A stretch of DNA of 64,000 nt, taken from Eledone cirrhosa. Taxonomy: Eukaryota. Location: NCBI GenBank assembly GCA_964016885.1, contig OZ024747.1, forward strand, positions 310,001 to 374,000, given 5' to 3'. Positions 10,690 to 24,399 of this stretch are shown piece after piece. Under the pieces are notes generated by a model that was not told where the DNA came from, made no database searches, and was given only the letters and a program-made list of their open reading frames with translations. The position numbers and the translations under genes were made by a program. Positions within the stretch are counted from its first letter, which is position 1. Every line of letters begins with the position of its first letter.

Positions 10690-13681
10690 ATGTGTGTATA
10701 TAAAGTTAGACACTATATCTAGTATGTCAATCAATATCTGTGTATATAAAGTTAGCCACTATATATTGTATGTCAACCAATATCTGTGTATATAAAGTTA
10801 GCTACTATATCTAGTATATCAACCAATATGTGTGTATATAAAATTAGCCACTATATCTAGTACGTCAACCAATGTGTGTGTATATAAAGTTAGCCACTAT
10901 ATATTGTATGTCAACCAATATCTGTGTATATAAAGTTAGCCACTATATATTGTATGTCAACCAATGTATGTCTATATAAAGTTAGCTACTATATCTAGTA
11001 TGTCAACCAATGTCTATGTATATAAAGTTAGCCACTATATCTAGTATGTCAACCAATGAATGTATATAAAGTTAGCCACTATATCTAGTATGTCAACCAA
11101 TGTGTGTGTATATAAGGTTAGCCACTATATCTAGTATATCAACCAATATGTGTGTAAATAAAATTAGCCACTATATCTAGTATGTCAACCAATGTATGTA
11201 TCTAAAGTTAGTCATTATATCTAGTATGTCAACCAATGTCTATGTATATAAAGTTAGCCACTATATCTAGTATGTCAACCAATGTATGTATCTAAAGTTA
11301 GCCACTATATCTAGTATGTCAACCAATGAATGTATATAAAGTTAGCCACTATATCTAGTATGTCAACCAATGTGTGTGTATATAAAGTTAGCCACTATAT
11401 CTAGTATGTCAACCAATGTGTGTGTATATAAAGTTAGCCACTATATCTAGTATGTCAACCAATGTATGTATATATAAAGTTAGCTACTATATCTAGTATG
11501 TCAACCAATGTGTGTGTATATAAAGTTAGCCACTATATCTAGTATGTCAACCAATGTGTGTGTATATAAAGTTAGCCACTATATCTAGTATGTCAACCAA
11601 TGTGTGTGTATATAAAGTTAGTCACTATATCTAGTATGTCAACCAATGTATGTATATAAAGTTAGTCACTATATCTAGTATGTCAACCAATGAATGTATA
11701 TAAAGTTAGCCTCTATATCTAGTATGTCAACCAATGTGTGTATATAAAGTTAGCCTCTATATATTGTATGTCAACCAATGTATGTCTATATAAAGTTAGC
11801 CACTATATCTAGTATGTCAACCAATGTGTGTGTATATAAAGTTAGCCACTATATCTAGTATGTCAACCAATGTATGTATATATAAAGTTAGCTACTATAT
11901 CTAGTATGTCAACCAATGTGTGTGTATATAAAGTTAGCCACTATATCTAGTATGTCAACCAATGTGTGTGTATATAAGGTTAGCCACTATATCTAGTATA
12001 TCAACCAATATGTGTGTAAATAAAATTAGCCACTATATCTAGTATGTCAACCAATGTATGTATATAAAGTTAGTCACTATATCTAGTATGTCAACCAATG
12101 AATGTATATAAAGTTAGCCTCTATATCTAGTATGTCAACCAATGTGTGTATATAAAGTTAGCCTCTATATATTGTATGTCAACCAATGTATGTCTATATA
12201 AAGTTAGCCTCTATATATTGTATGTCAACCAATGTATGTCTATATAAAGTTAGCCACTATATCTAGTATGTCAACCAATGTTTGTGTATATAAAGTTAGC
12301 CACTATATATTGTATGTCAACCAATGTATGTCTATATAAAGTTAGCCACTATATCTAGTATGTCAACCAATGTGTGTGTATATAAAGTTAGCCACTATAT
12401 CTAGTATGTCAACCAATGTGTGTGTATATAAAGTTAGCCACTATATCTAGTATGTCAACCAATGTATGTATCTAAAGTTAGTCATTATATCTAGTATGTC
12501 AACCAATGAATGTATATAAAGTTAGTCATTATATCTAGTATGTCAACCAATGAATGTATATAAAGTTAGTCATTATATCTAGTATGCCAACCAATGTATG
12601 TATTTAAAGTTAGCCCCTCTACCTAGTATGTGTGTGTATATAAAGTTAGCCACTATATCTCGTATGTCAATCAATGTATGTGTATATAAAGTTAGTCACT
12701 ATATCTAGTATGTCAACCAATGTGTGTGTATATAAAGTTAGTCACTATATCTAGTATGTCAATCAATGTATGTATATAAAGTTAGTCACTATATCTAGTA
12801 TGTCAACCAATGTGTGTGTATATAAAGTTAGCCACTATATCTAGTATGTCAACCAATATCTGTGTATATAAAGTTAGCCACTATATCTAGTATGTCAACC
12901 AATGTGTGTGTATATAAAGTTAGCCACTATATCTAGTATGTCAACCAATGTGTGTGTATATAAAGTTAGCCTCTATATCTAGTATGTCAACCAATGTGTG
13001 TCTATATAAAGTTAGCCACTATATCTAGTATGTCAACCAATGTGTGTGTATATAAAGTTAGCCACTATATATTGTATGTCAACCAATGTATGTCTATATA
13101 AAGTTAGCCACTATATCTAGTATGTCAACCAATGTGTGTGTATATAAAGTTAGCCACTATATATTGTATGTCAACCAATGTATGTCTATATAAAGTTAGC
13201 CACTATATCTAGTATGTCAACCAATGTGTGTGTATATAAAGTTAGCCACTATATCTAGTATGTCAACCAATGTATGTATCTAAAGTTAGTCATTATATCT
13301 AGTAAGTCAACCAATGAATGTATATAAAGTTAGTCATTATATCTAGTATGTCAACCAATGAATGTATATAAAGTTAGTCATTATATCTAGTATGCCAACC
13401 AATGTATGTATTTAAAGTTAGCCCCTCTACCTAGTATGTGTGTGTATATAAAGTTAGCCACTATATCTCGTATGTCAATCAATGTATGTGTATATAAAGT
13501 TAGTCACTATATCTAGTATCTCAACCAATATGTGTGTATATAAAGTTAATCACTATATCTAGTATCTCAACCAATATGTGTGTATGTAAAGTTAGCCTCT
13601 ATATCTAGTATGTCAACCAATGTGTGTGTATATAAAGTTAGTCACTATATCTAGTATGTCAACCAATGTATGTATATAAAG
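10690..13681. repeat. 44/46-bp minisatellite, roughly 65 copies
   Basis: Unit tataaagttagccactatatctagtatgtcaaccaatgtgtgtgta; period 46 (e.g. 11341 to 11387) with 44-bp variants. Confidence 0.97.
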
Positions 13682-14106
13682 TCTTAGTTGTCTTTAGTTT
13701 GTTCCAGTGTGTTGGTTAGTGAAAGAGAATAGACAAGTAAAGCAAGGGGGAGGGAGGGGGCTACATACACACACCCACTCACACATGTGCTCACACATAC
13801 ACACACTCAAACACATGTGCTCATATACACATATACATATGGTCAACATACATACACACACATACATACACCCACTCACACACGCATACAGACACACACA
13901 CTGACACATACATGCAGATACCTACACAGGCTCACACACACATGTACAAACACATACACATTAGATGCACACTCATGCTCTCTCACCAACACACTCGCAC
14001 AGACTTTAGTAAAACATCTGATCTGTAGTGGACACGGCACACATCATTTCACACTCTCCCATACATACATATATACATATATACACACACACATACATAC
14101 ATCATA

Positions 14107-14684
14107 TATGGTGGCTGCCAACTCGTTTTCGAGTACGGCCACTACTTTATATCCATCTAGGAGAACCCCTACTGAAGCGCTGAACGAGTGTGACTTTTTA
14201 GTCCAGCCAGCGACTTGAAAACTCTGGTACAAACACTACACTTGTGACAATTATTGACACATAGTGCTGGGCCCATGGTACCATGTGACGACAAGTGCAG
14301 AGAGATCTCCAGATATAAAGCAATGCCTGTGGCGTGAAGCTTTTATAGTGAGCAAAGGCACTGCACAAAGCCAGTCCCACTCTCTTAACCAAGATGATAT
14401 TTACCAAAAAGAAGAACAAGTCAACATCATTGGATACCATCAGGGTTGCAGGTGTTATATCAGACTTTTCCTTCTCCTAGAATTCTGCCTTGACAAAGGC
14501 TAAGGGGTCATCTCTCCCGGTGATTTTGGATGGCCATTGACTCTTAAGAGCTCCTTTGCCCTTTGACAGGTTTTGTTTTTAGTCCTGCAGGATGTCCAAA
14601 GTCACCCTCCTCACCAAGAAACCTTGGTGGGGTTGCCAGTTTAGTCGCCAACGACCCTACCATGAGACAGGTTGTACTGGGATA
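14107..14684 (-). mobile_element. ~580-bp non-coding interspersed repeat (SINE-like); near-identical inverted copy at 40466-41053
   Basis: End-to-end similarity to the reverse complement of 40466-41053; flanked by (TACA)n/(TA)n. Orientation and class inferred. Confidence 0.8.
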
Positions 14685-14833
14685 CATACATATATACATA
14701 CATATATACATACATATATACATACATACGCACACATACATACATACATATACACATACATATATACATACACACACACATACATACATACATATATACA
14801 TACATACATACATACATACACACACATACACAC

Positions 14834-14880
<47 letters not shown>

Positions 14881-14960
14881 CATATATACACACCTACACA
14901 CATACATACATACATATATACATACATATATACATACATACATACACACATACACACATA

Positions 14961-15232
14961 CGTTATCGAGTATGGCCATTGCACGATATACCATTATTAA
15001 CTAATTCTATCGAGCAATGCCTGTGCGTGAAGATATGTTTTAAAGTGAGGAAAGACTGTGCACTGAGCCAATCCCACTCCCTGAGAGACAGCAGCTATAA
15101 CCCGAAAAGAAGAAAATATCAACTTCATTGGTAACTACTGACCCGCAGGATTTATGTCGGTGTTATCCCAGTTTCCCGAGTTGCCTTCTCCTAGAAGAAT
15201 GCCCTGACAAATGCTAGGGACCCTTCACTCCT
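14961..15232 (-). mobile_element. Shorter related SINE-like repeat
   Basis: Shares tcgagta.ggcca, gcaatgcctgtg.cgtgaag, gcca.tcccactc and ccttctcctagaa..tgacaaa.gcta.gg blocks with 14107-14684. Confidence 0.65.
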
Positions 15233-15321
15233 ATACATACATATATATATACATACATACATACATGCTATCAGTTATCCAGACTGACACATCAACACAC
15301 AGTACACACATGTATGTATAA

Positions 15322-18130
15322 TTCTTAGTCTTAGTCTTAGATTTTTCCGCGCCGTTCGGCACATCGAGCAGTAAGTACTCGCCAATGGTCACGATCAGCG
15401 GTAACTTTTTCGAGACCGTGCCAGGTGATGTTGGCTGCCATCAGGTCCTTCCGGAACATTCGTCACCAGGTGTTCCTTGGGCAACCCCGCCTCCGTTTAC
15501 CGTCAGGCGGAGTCCAGTTCATCGCTGTTTTCGAATGCCGTTCATTTGGCAGACGCAGAATATGGCCAGCCAGACGGCACCGCTGCCCCATGACCACTCT
15601 CTGTAGCGTCCACGACTCAGCCCTCCGCAGGATCTCATCGTTTCGCACTCGGTCGCACCAGGACACACGAAGGATCTTTCGCAGGCACCACTGGTGGAAA
15701 GTGTTCAGCCGTCTCTCTATTTTTGCCGCACCCTTCCAGGTCTCGCTCGCATAAAGCACTGTCAGCAGCACGATGCTCTTGTACAGGTGGAGCTTGGTCT
15801 TGGTGCTAATGCATGAAGACGACCAGACTGGGCACAGCCGCTGGAAAACTGCGGCTCCTTTGCCAATCTGACAGTTGATGTCGAGCTCCGCGTCGCCGCT
15901 ACTTGTCAGGATGCTGCCCAGATAAGTGAAGTGATCGACTTCCTCGAGGTCCTGTTGGTAGACTCTGATCACTGGACCTGTGTTGCTGGCCGTTCTCATG
16001 ACCTTGGTCTTTTGGTGTTGATTCTCAGGCTGATCTTTTCCGCACTCTCTTGTAGGGATGTTGTTAGGGCCTGCAGATCTGCACTGTTTTCAATGATCAA
16101 AGCGATGTCGTCGGCGAATGCCAGGTCCCTCAGCCTCGGCTGGCCTCTCCATGGGTTTCCTTGACCGGGCCCGTCATCCATTCGCCTTAGTACGAAATCG
16201 GCTGCCAGCAGGAACAACAGTGGAAAGAGAATGCAACCCTGTCTGACTCTGGAGACAATGTCAAAGAACTCCGTCACACTGGACTCAGTCCGCACGCAGC
16301 AGCTGGAGTTTTCATACAGGGCCTTGAAAATGGCAATGAATCTTGCAGGAATGCCGTACAGTTGCGCAACATTCCACAGCGACTCACGGTGAACACTGTC
16401 GAAACCCTTCTGGAAATCAATAAAATTGACCGCCAAAGGCTGTTGTAGCTCAATGCATTGTTCAAGAATGTTGCATAGTGTAAAGATCTGTTCAGTGCAA
16501 GATCAATTTTTTCGGAAGCCGGTTTGTTTCTCCCGGAGCACAGAGTCGACAGCCTGCCGGAGTCGACGCAGCAGCACAGGGCAGAATGCCTTGCCTGGGA
16601 CTGACAGCAATGTGATACCACGCCAGTTGTTGCAGTCTGCCAGGTTTCCCTTCTTCGGCAGTTTCACGATGACACCGCGCTGCCACTCAAGGGGAACCCG
16701 ACCAACCCTCCAGCAATGGTTCATCAAGTCTATCAACGCCGTTATCGTGCTCTCCTCACCGAATTTGAGCAGCTCAGCAGAGATCTCATCAAGTTCGCCA
16801 GCTTTGCCGTTCCTCAAGTGGCTAATTGCATCTCTCATCTCTTGCTTGTTGATATGGTCCTCGCAGACTTTAAGTACCTCAGTGGTTGCTAGAGTCTCTG
16901 CGGTCAAGTCTATCAGGGCAACTGGATTTGGTTGGTTCAACGTCTCCCGGAAGTGCTCCATCCATCTCTGCTCCTGTTCCGCTCCAGTGGTCAACGTCTT
17001 GCCATTTTTGTCCTTCACCGGCATGCTGGCATCGCTCGACATTCCTGTCAACTCCCTCACGATGCAGAACAGTGCTTTTGTGTCATTTCGACCAGCAGCT
17101 TCCTCTGCCTCAGCACCCTTCTTCTCCAGCCAGTCACGTTTGGCCCGCCGGCAGCTTCGTTTTACCAGTCGGTTGATTTGGCAGTATACGACATCTCTTT
17201 TCTTTTGGTCTTCCTCTGATCTGGCAGAATCTCGCTCGACTTTTGCCTTTTTTCGTCTGTCAATCAGGTCCCACGTTGGTTCTTAGATCAATTTTTCCCT
17301 CCTCGTTCCTCGTCTTCGGCCAATAGTTTCTTGTGCTGCTTCAGTCACTGCTGTCGTGAACATCGTCCATTGATCTTCCAGATATGCAGCCTCACTCAAC
17401 TGCTGGAATCAGTTGTGTAGCGCCAGTTGGTAGAGTCACGCTTGACCGGGATACTTCAGCTTCTCTACTGCATATGGCTTTGGTCTTTCTTGTCGTGTCC
17501 GTTTCTTCAGGCGCAGCTGAAGTTCCGCACACAGTAGGTGGTGGTCTGAGCCCACGTCTGCACCACGGTACACTCTGACGTCAGGTACCGAGGACCGCCA
17601 GCGCTGGTTGATGCAGATGTAGTCCATCTCGTTTCGGCTTTTCTGGTCCGGAGACTGCCAAGTAGCCTTGTGAATCACCTTGTGTTTGAAATAGGCGTTG
17701 CTAATGCACAAGCTGTTGATGGCACAAAACAGCTGCAGTCTCTCGCCGTTGTCCGTGGTGACCGCAGCAGAACTGAATGGCCCAGTGACCTGTTCCAGTC
17801 CCTGTCTGTTGCAGCCAATCTGAGCGTTGAAATCACCGGTCAGTAGTTTGATGTCATGGCTGGGCAAGTTATTAAATGTGTCCTGCAGCTGTTCGTAAAA
17901 GGAATCCTTGTCGATGTCGGTTGCGTAGCTCTGAACAACAGTGATTTTCGCATGCCCACTTTGAAAATGGGAGCTTATGATGCGCTCGCTGACTGGCTCC
18001 CATCCGATCAGTGCCGGGTTGCTAACCCGACGCCTGCCGCCTGTATTTGCCGATTCCTTGCCCACTGAGATTAGTGGTTGGCACCCCTTCGCCACGATGA
18101 GGCGTCCGGCGAGACCAGGGGACCCATCAG
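15322..18130 (-). mobile_element. Near full-length degenerate RTE-clade LINE (APE endonuclease + RT), CpG-rich, (CTAAGA)n tail
   Basis: WEPVSERII, LTGDFNAQIG, MDYICI, GADVGSDH, KLPKKGNLADCNNWRGITLL, FIDFQKGFDSV, RQGCIL, DLAFADDIAL, FTYLGS, LYASETW, GKRRRG; multiple stops and frameshifts. Confidence 0.93.
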
Positions 18131-18194
18131 GAGTATAAATTACACAGCACTTTTTACATGTAAGCATACATTCTCCTTGCACTTGTATACCTGT

Positions 18195-18422
18195 ATACAC
18201 CACCACAGCTACCACCACCACCACCACCACCACCGCCACTACCGCCACCACCGCCACCACCGCCACCACCACCACCACCACCACCACAGCCCTCCCCCAT
18301 TAATCATCACTATCATCATCATCATCATTATTCTCATCACCATTGTTGTCGTCATCGTTTTGGGTTAGTCACAAATCCTTTCTTGCGAGACGCACATACG
18401 TGTGTGTATATATATATATATA

Positions 18423-18463
<41 letters not shown>

Positions 18464-18470
18464 CTATATA

Positions 18471-18506
<36 letters not shown>

Positions 18507-18524
18507 TATACATATATATGTATG

Positions 18525-18556
<32 letters not shown>

Positions 18557-20095
18557 TATATATGAGGATTTGAATGTATATATATAAGTATGTATATATA
18601 TGTATGTATATGTACATATATATATACATATGTATGTATGTATGTTTGTATTTGTACATATATGTGTACACATATATATACATATACATACACACACCTT
18701 CAGTTACCGAAATGAGTGTATACACGGCAGTGGTCAGCTCATACACACATACATACACACATACGTACACACATACATACACACATAGACGTCACCATCA
18801 CGACTACACCTTAACAACATCAATTCTCGTTTCATATTGAATCACTGACTATCTTTCATTCACACACACCATCTATTGATACTTTCACACACGCACGTGC
18901 TCGTACACACCCACCACCATACTAGTGTACACCCTCATACATATATGTACACGCTCACATTCACACACACCACATATACATATATGCACACACACACATA
19001 CATGAACATGAATCACACGTGGTTACGATCACTAATAATTTTATCATTAGCATGAAAACCACCACCACAACCACCGCTACCACCACCACAACCACTGCCA
19101 CCACCACCACCTCCACCACCACAGCCACCACCACCGCTACCACAACCACTGCCACCACCACCACCTCCACCACCACCATCGCTGCCACCACTACTAACAC
19201 CACCACCACCACCAGCAGCATAATCCCCCCACCGGTATCCCTATTACCACCACAAACAGCATCCGCACCATCACCACCGCCACCACTACCATATTAACAA
19301 TTGTCAACATCACCATCATCACCACCACTGTCATCTAGCTAACGAGAAAGCCTCTACACGGTCGCTAGACGTGCGAGAAATAGTAGTCAAATCTTGAAAT
19401 CACAAGATAGGTTATATAATATAATCTCGGGGTCTATGCAAATAAGATGGGGTGGTCATGGTTGTAATGCTCTTGATCACATCACAAGATCAGCTGGATT
19501 AGGCTTGGCCTGGGTTTAAACATCATCATCATCTTCAATAGCAGCATTACTGTCACCCAACACCACCACCACCACTACTACCATTACCACCACTATCACC
19601 ACCATCACCACCACAATCACCACCATCACCAGCAACAACAACAATATTGTCTAACACTATTGTAAACTAAAATCCCTCCCTCCATCGCCACTCCCACTAT
19701 CACTTTCACTATCTCCATCAAAGTTCCCACCGCTGCTGCTGCTGCTGTTACTACTACTACTACTAACATTTTACACCGATCCTCTCTTCCTCTCGCCATA
19801 TCAATATCTGCATAGCTGCTACATCCCCTCCCCACACAACAACTACAATAACAACAACAATATTTACTACTACTACCACCGTCGTCGTCTTCATAAGAAC
19901 ACTTACAGATACAGAACCACCACCACCTCCAACAACACCACCGATACTACTATTACCACCATCCTCCCCAACCAACACCACCGCTAATACCATTACCACC
20001 ATCACCACCAACCAACCACCACCGATACTACTACTGCAACTACTATTACTACCATCTCCGTCACCACCAACATAACAACAACCACCATCACTTAT
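18195..20095. repeat. Compound microsatellite/low-complexity region (CAC)n, (TA)n, (CT)n, (TACA)n, with a SINE remnant at ~19340-19520
   Basis: Direct inspection. Confidence 0.85.
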
Positions 20096-20183
20096 TTCTT
20101 TTTTTCCTCCTCCCTCTGCTGCTATACTCCCCCTCCCTGCCGGTTCTGCCAAGAGTTCAGTCACATGATTTGGAATGACTAAC

Positions 20184-20226
20184 ATGGCCGATGGTGGACG
20201 GCGTGCTCGTGTGCTGATTCTCGGAG
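20184..20226 (+). CDS. Probable first coding exon of a host NAD(P)-binding Rossmann-fold protein (epimerase/dehydratase or SDR-like): MADGGRRARVLILG-G
   Basis: aacATGG Kozak context (in-frame ATG also at 20175), CpG-rich patch, RVLILGG beta-strand leading into a GxxGxxG motif, strong phase-1 donor GAG|gtaagg. No exon 2 recognised in the window. Confidence 0.55.
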
Positions 20227-21015
20227 GTAAGGCAAGCCTTATCACCTTAGCTTTTTCCGCTCTTTCTATTTATCATATATACATTTAGCCATTCGTCAAG
20301 CAGTTTGTATAAATATAGCTGTCTGTCATTTTTATCTTTTCATGTCTGTCTATTGCTCTCTCTCTCTTTTCTCATCAATACATTTATTGCCTACTCTTCT
20401 ATCTACCTACACATCGATATATCTACCTGTTTCTCTCATTCTATATCTCAACCTATGTAACTATTTGTCTATTTACCTGTCTATCGGTCAACTTTGCTCA
20501 GCTATTTTTTTATCGATCTACTCATTGATCTACTTGTTCATCTATTGATCTGTGTGCCTATACATCGATTTGCCCATCAATCTATCTATATATTTTTGTC
20601 TCTGCGTTTCTCTCTCTATATATCGATCTATTCGTCCCTATCTCTCTTTCTCTTCGCGTATACCTGTGTATCTATGAAACCCAGTAATTAATTCATTTGT
20701 TAATTAGCTCGGATTATTGTATACATCCACAAGAGTCTTTATGGCCATACTCCTCATACTGTCACATTATATGTAATAAATATGCAGATGTGTGTGAGTG
20801 TACCCCATATATTTTCTCTCTCCTCATTCTCTTCCACCAGCCATCCAACACCACAAGTCATTAAGTGTATTTGTAAGAACAAAGTCTGTATAATTGATTA
20901 TAATAAAAATTTCAAAAAAATTAAGCGGACTTAAGCGGATTAACACCATATAATCCTTTCATTAACCTGAAAAATAAAACAAAAAAATTACATCATAAAA
21001 AAACTATCCTAAAAA

Positions 21016-21202
21016 TAATTGTTTCTACTTTTGGCACAAGGCCAGCAATTTCCCAGTGTATTACTGGTACTTTATTTTATCGACCCCGTAAGGATGAAAG
21101 GCAAAGTTAACCTCGGCGGGATTTGAACTCAGAATGGCAAGGGCCGTAACTCTATGCGTCAAAGCATGGCGTCCGACCCTCTACCGATACTGCCAATTCA
21201 CT
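21016..21202 (-). mobile_element. tRNA-derived SINE (family also at 25231-25378, 47031-47222; degraded at 49550-49770, 49790-49935)
   Basis: Reverse complement: gaattggca.tatcggtagag...gagttcaaatccc (B box)...aactttgcctttcatccttacggggtcgataaaataaagtaccagt...tgtgccaaaagtagaaacaatta. Confidence 0.85.
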
Positions 21203-22920
21203 AAACCTCTGGTACCTTAAGTCTTTCAAATAACTAATTTTCCCTTAATTAGTCAAATAGTTCTAAACAACAGTGTGAGTATGTAATAATTAATTGTTCA
21301 TGAATATCGGGTTATTATAAGTGGTGGACATAAAACGACTATTACAAAAGATAGGATTAAAAGGTGTGACTTTAAGCGGTCTTATTGCAAAAGAAGCAAA
21401 TATTTATATGTAAGTGTTCAATACCGTTTCTACCCCTCCTCCTAAAAGGTGTGACTGCACAGAACAACCAGGGTAGTCGACGACTATCGTTGTCTGGTTT
21501 AACATTATTAATTCCAACCCAAGGATGGACTTTCACCTGCTGTGGCCCTATGCGATATGAAATTCGAAGCCCTTCTCTAAAAATTAAAATTAATTGAATA
21601 AATAATATATATATATATGTTTGTGTGTGTGTGATATATGTATATTTCTAATTTTTGATGATTTAGTGTTACAGAATAAAATCTAATGATTAAATAAAAA
21701 TATATTTTTAAAATTAGGCCCCTGAGGGTGTGTCCCCCTAAGGTACAGCTTATTTGTCTTATAGGTAAGTCCAGTACTCACCATACCAAAACTGGCTCTG
21801 GTTGTCTGACAGAAAACCACCCATTTTAAATTTAAATCTTTCAACATAATTTTATATTAAAGCCATATGTTACTATCTAACTAATGAATAATTTTAATTA
21901 ATCCTCCAAACTCCTTAATTAATTAATTTAAATAGTATTTCGGTAGAAATAATTCCACTAGAGAGTCAACACAACCATTTGGTCCTTGGGTGCTTTTAGC
22001 AGGTTCCACTTACTTGCATATATTTGGTTTGAAGGCAACTTTCTCACTTTCTTGCTCCAGTTTCAGAAGCCCTGAAAAATAAAGAATCAATGGTATTGCC
22101 CTTCCCTTCTTGATTAAGCAGTAAAAAAAAAATATATATAAAATAAAAAAAATCATCTCACTCCTTTCCTTACAAAAAAAAAGACGAAGTGTGACTAAGT
22201 GAAGAGAATTCCATAGAAAACATCTCTCATCATCATCATCGTTTAACGTCCATCTTCCACGCTAGCAAAGAAGTATGACCCTAAGTGAAATATACGAGTG
22301 TAAATATTCAAAGTTATTTCTTAAATGTAATTTGAATAACCTAAGAGCATTTCCTCCCCAGGACCTGGCTTTCGCCTGCTGAGGCCCTCAGGCCCTTCTT
22401 TAAAAAAAAATTTGGGTAAAAAAATTTTAAATAATTATACATGATTATTACTTTTTATGTTAATGTTAAAGAATAAATATGTTTATATATATAATTTTTG
22501 ATTTAATAAAATAAAAATATATTTTAAAAAAACGAGGTCCCCTGAGATTGTGTGGCATTAATCTCTAGATTACTTACTTAGCTTGTAGGAAAGACCAGCA
22601 CAGACCCTATCACAGTCCACTGCCACAAAAAAAATAGAATAAGTGATGCAAAAACTTTGCATGAGTTACATATACATATGAGACCATTGCAGGTGATTAT
22701 ATATGAAGCTATGCTTATTGCACAAGCTAAACACACACACACACACAATACACGAGGACCCAGACCAGTAGAGAAAGGTGAGGGGGATGCAAGGTTCAAT
22801 GGGTCTATTCCCCTCTTAGAAGAATGGGGTTGTCCTTTGGTAAAGAATTGCCTGTTTTATAAATCATTCCAATTTTTTTCTTTTCTGTTACTTATAAGTT
22901 TATACATATACACACCAGAA

Positions 22921-22969
<49 letters not shown>

Positions 22970-23042
22970 TATTAAACATATGTAATACGTAATTAAATAT
23001 GTATATGATGCAACACTGATTCTTTGTTCCCCTATATATTGC

Positions 23043-23079
<37 letters not shown>

Positions 23080-23783
23080 CCAGTAAACTATATACACATA
23101 CACACACCAGCAATCTATATATAAGTATGTGTATATATATTCATGCACCAATAAACTATATATAAGTTAGTATACACACACACACCTTTAATCCATATAT
23201 AAGTTGTATATGTTTAGCACTCATTGCTAAACTATTTAACGAGTAGTTTGAAATGGAGCTTAAATTTCACATCTAGGCTTATTACGAGCTGGAATGGACC
23301 CTGCATTTCACACCTGGCCTGAAATAATTGACATTACGCATCTGGCCTGGGACTATTACCAGCTTTGCACTCACCTGACAATAGCCTCCCTCATTAATGT
23401 GTGACTCTAAGCACATTAGCCATTAACTGTAAGTGGAGTTACTGAATGGGGAATAACAGGTACAAGTACAGTCTGAAAGGAAGGTGGTGATGAGGATTGA
23501 GGTCTATGAAATACAAAGATGTTTTTAAGTGAAGTATCAGGCAAAAAATATAAAAATAAAATTAAAGGGTGTAAAAAAACTATATATAGATAACTTTAAA
23601 CTGATTGACCTGTATAATATATAATGATGACTTTAAATAGTGTTAAGGGGAGTGGGGGAAACAGAAATAAAATGGTGGTATAAGTTAAACTCGTATAAAA
23701 ATAAGTACTGGGGTAAAAAAGAATGATTAAATCCCTTAATATTGAAATATATTCAATTCTTCTCAAATAACATATTCTATATA

Positions 23784-24098
23784 CAGTGGAACCTCGGTTC
23801 ACGAACAATTTTTCTGAACATAAAATGTTTCGGTTCACAAGCAGTCTCTTGATTAACGAACATGCAAGCCGGTAACAACAGTTGGTGATGAGCTAGGAGT
23901 ATCAGTGGGAAAGCATCACTTGATGTGTAGTTAGTTACTCTGGTGATATCTATCTATCTGTCTTTCACACACAGTTTCTATCCCTCCCTGTATTTCTCTC
24001 TCAACATTTTGTATGGGAAAAATAGGTTCAGTTTATAAACATTTTGGGTGACAAATGGCCTGCAAGAACAAATTAAGTTTGTGAATCGAGGTTACATT
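23784..24098. mobile_element. Tc1/mariner-pogo (Tigger-like) MITE
   Basis: TA|cagtggaacctcggttcacgaac left TIR; degenerate right TIR gtttgtgaatcgaggttacatt. Confidence 0.65.
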
Positions 24099-24153
24099 TT
24101 CATTTTTGTATTTGTTTTTAAAATTCTTGATGTGAAACCTTGTGTTAAAACAG

Positions 24154-24245
24154 ATATTGTTAAAGTTTGAGAGGGTCATGTTGCCAATAACAACACATGC
24201 ATGTGTTGTTATTGGCAGTATGACCCTCTTAAAGTGTAACAATAT
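24154..24245. repeat. ~92-bp spacerless imperfect palindrome; arm sequence recurs at 49230-49395
   Basis: agagggtcatgttgccaataacaacacatg|catgtgttgttattggcagtatgaccctct. Confidence 0.88.
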
Positions 24246-24399
24246 TTTACATAGTTTTTCAAAAGTAATTTCAAATAAGTTAGTTTTAATGTTCACTATG
24301 AATTCTAAATAAGGACAGAAGGATATCTATGATAACATTGAGTATAAAAACAGTTTATGTTGAAGAGTTTTGGCTGCTTTCTTGTTAGTAAGATTAAAG

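Noticed and set aside
10690-13681. CRISPR-like regular repeats (also 31241-33740 and 44080-44865)
   Set aside because: No unique spacers, no cas genes, eukaryotic context; these are tandem satellites.
21016-21202. tRNA gene
   Set aside because: A/B-box-like head continues into a repeated SINE body present several times; no complete cloverleaf.
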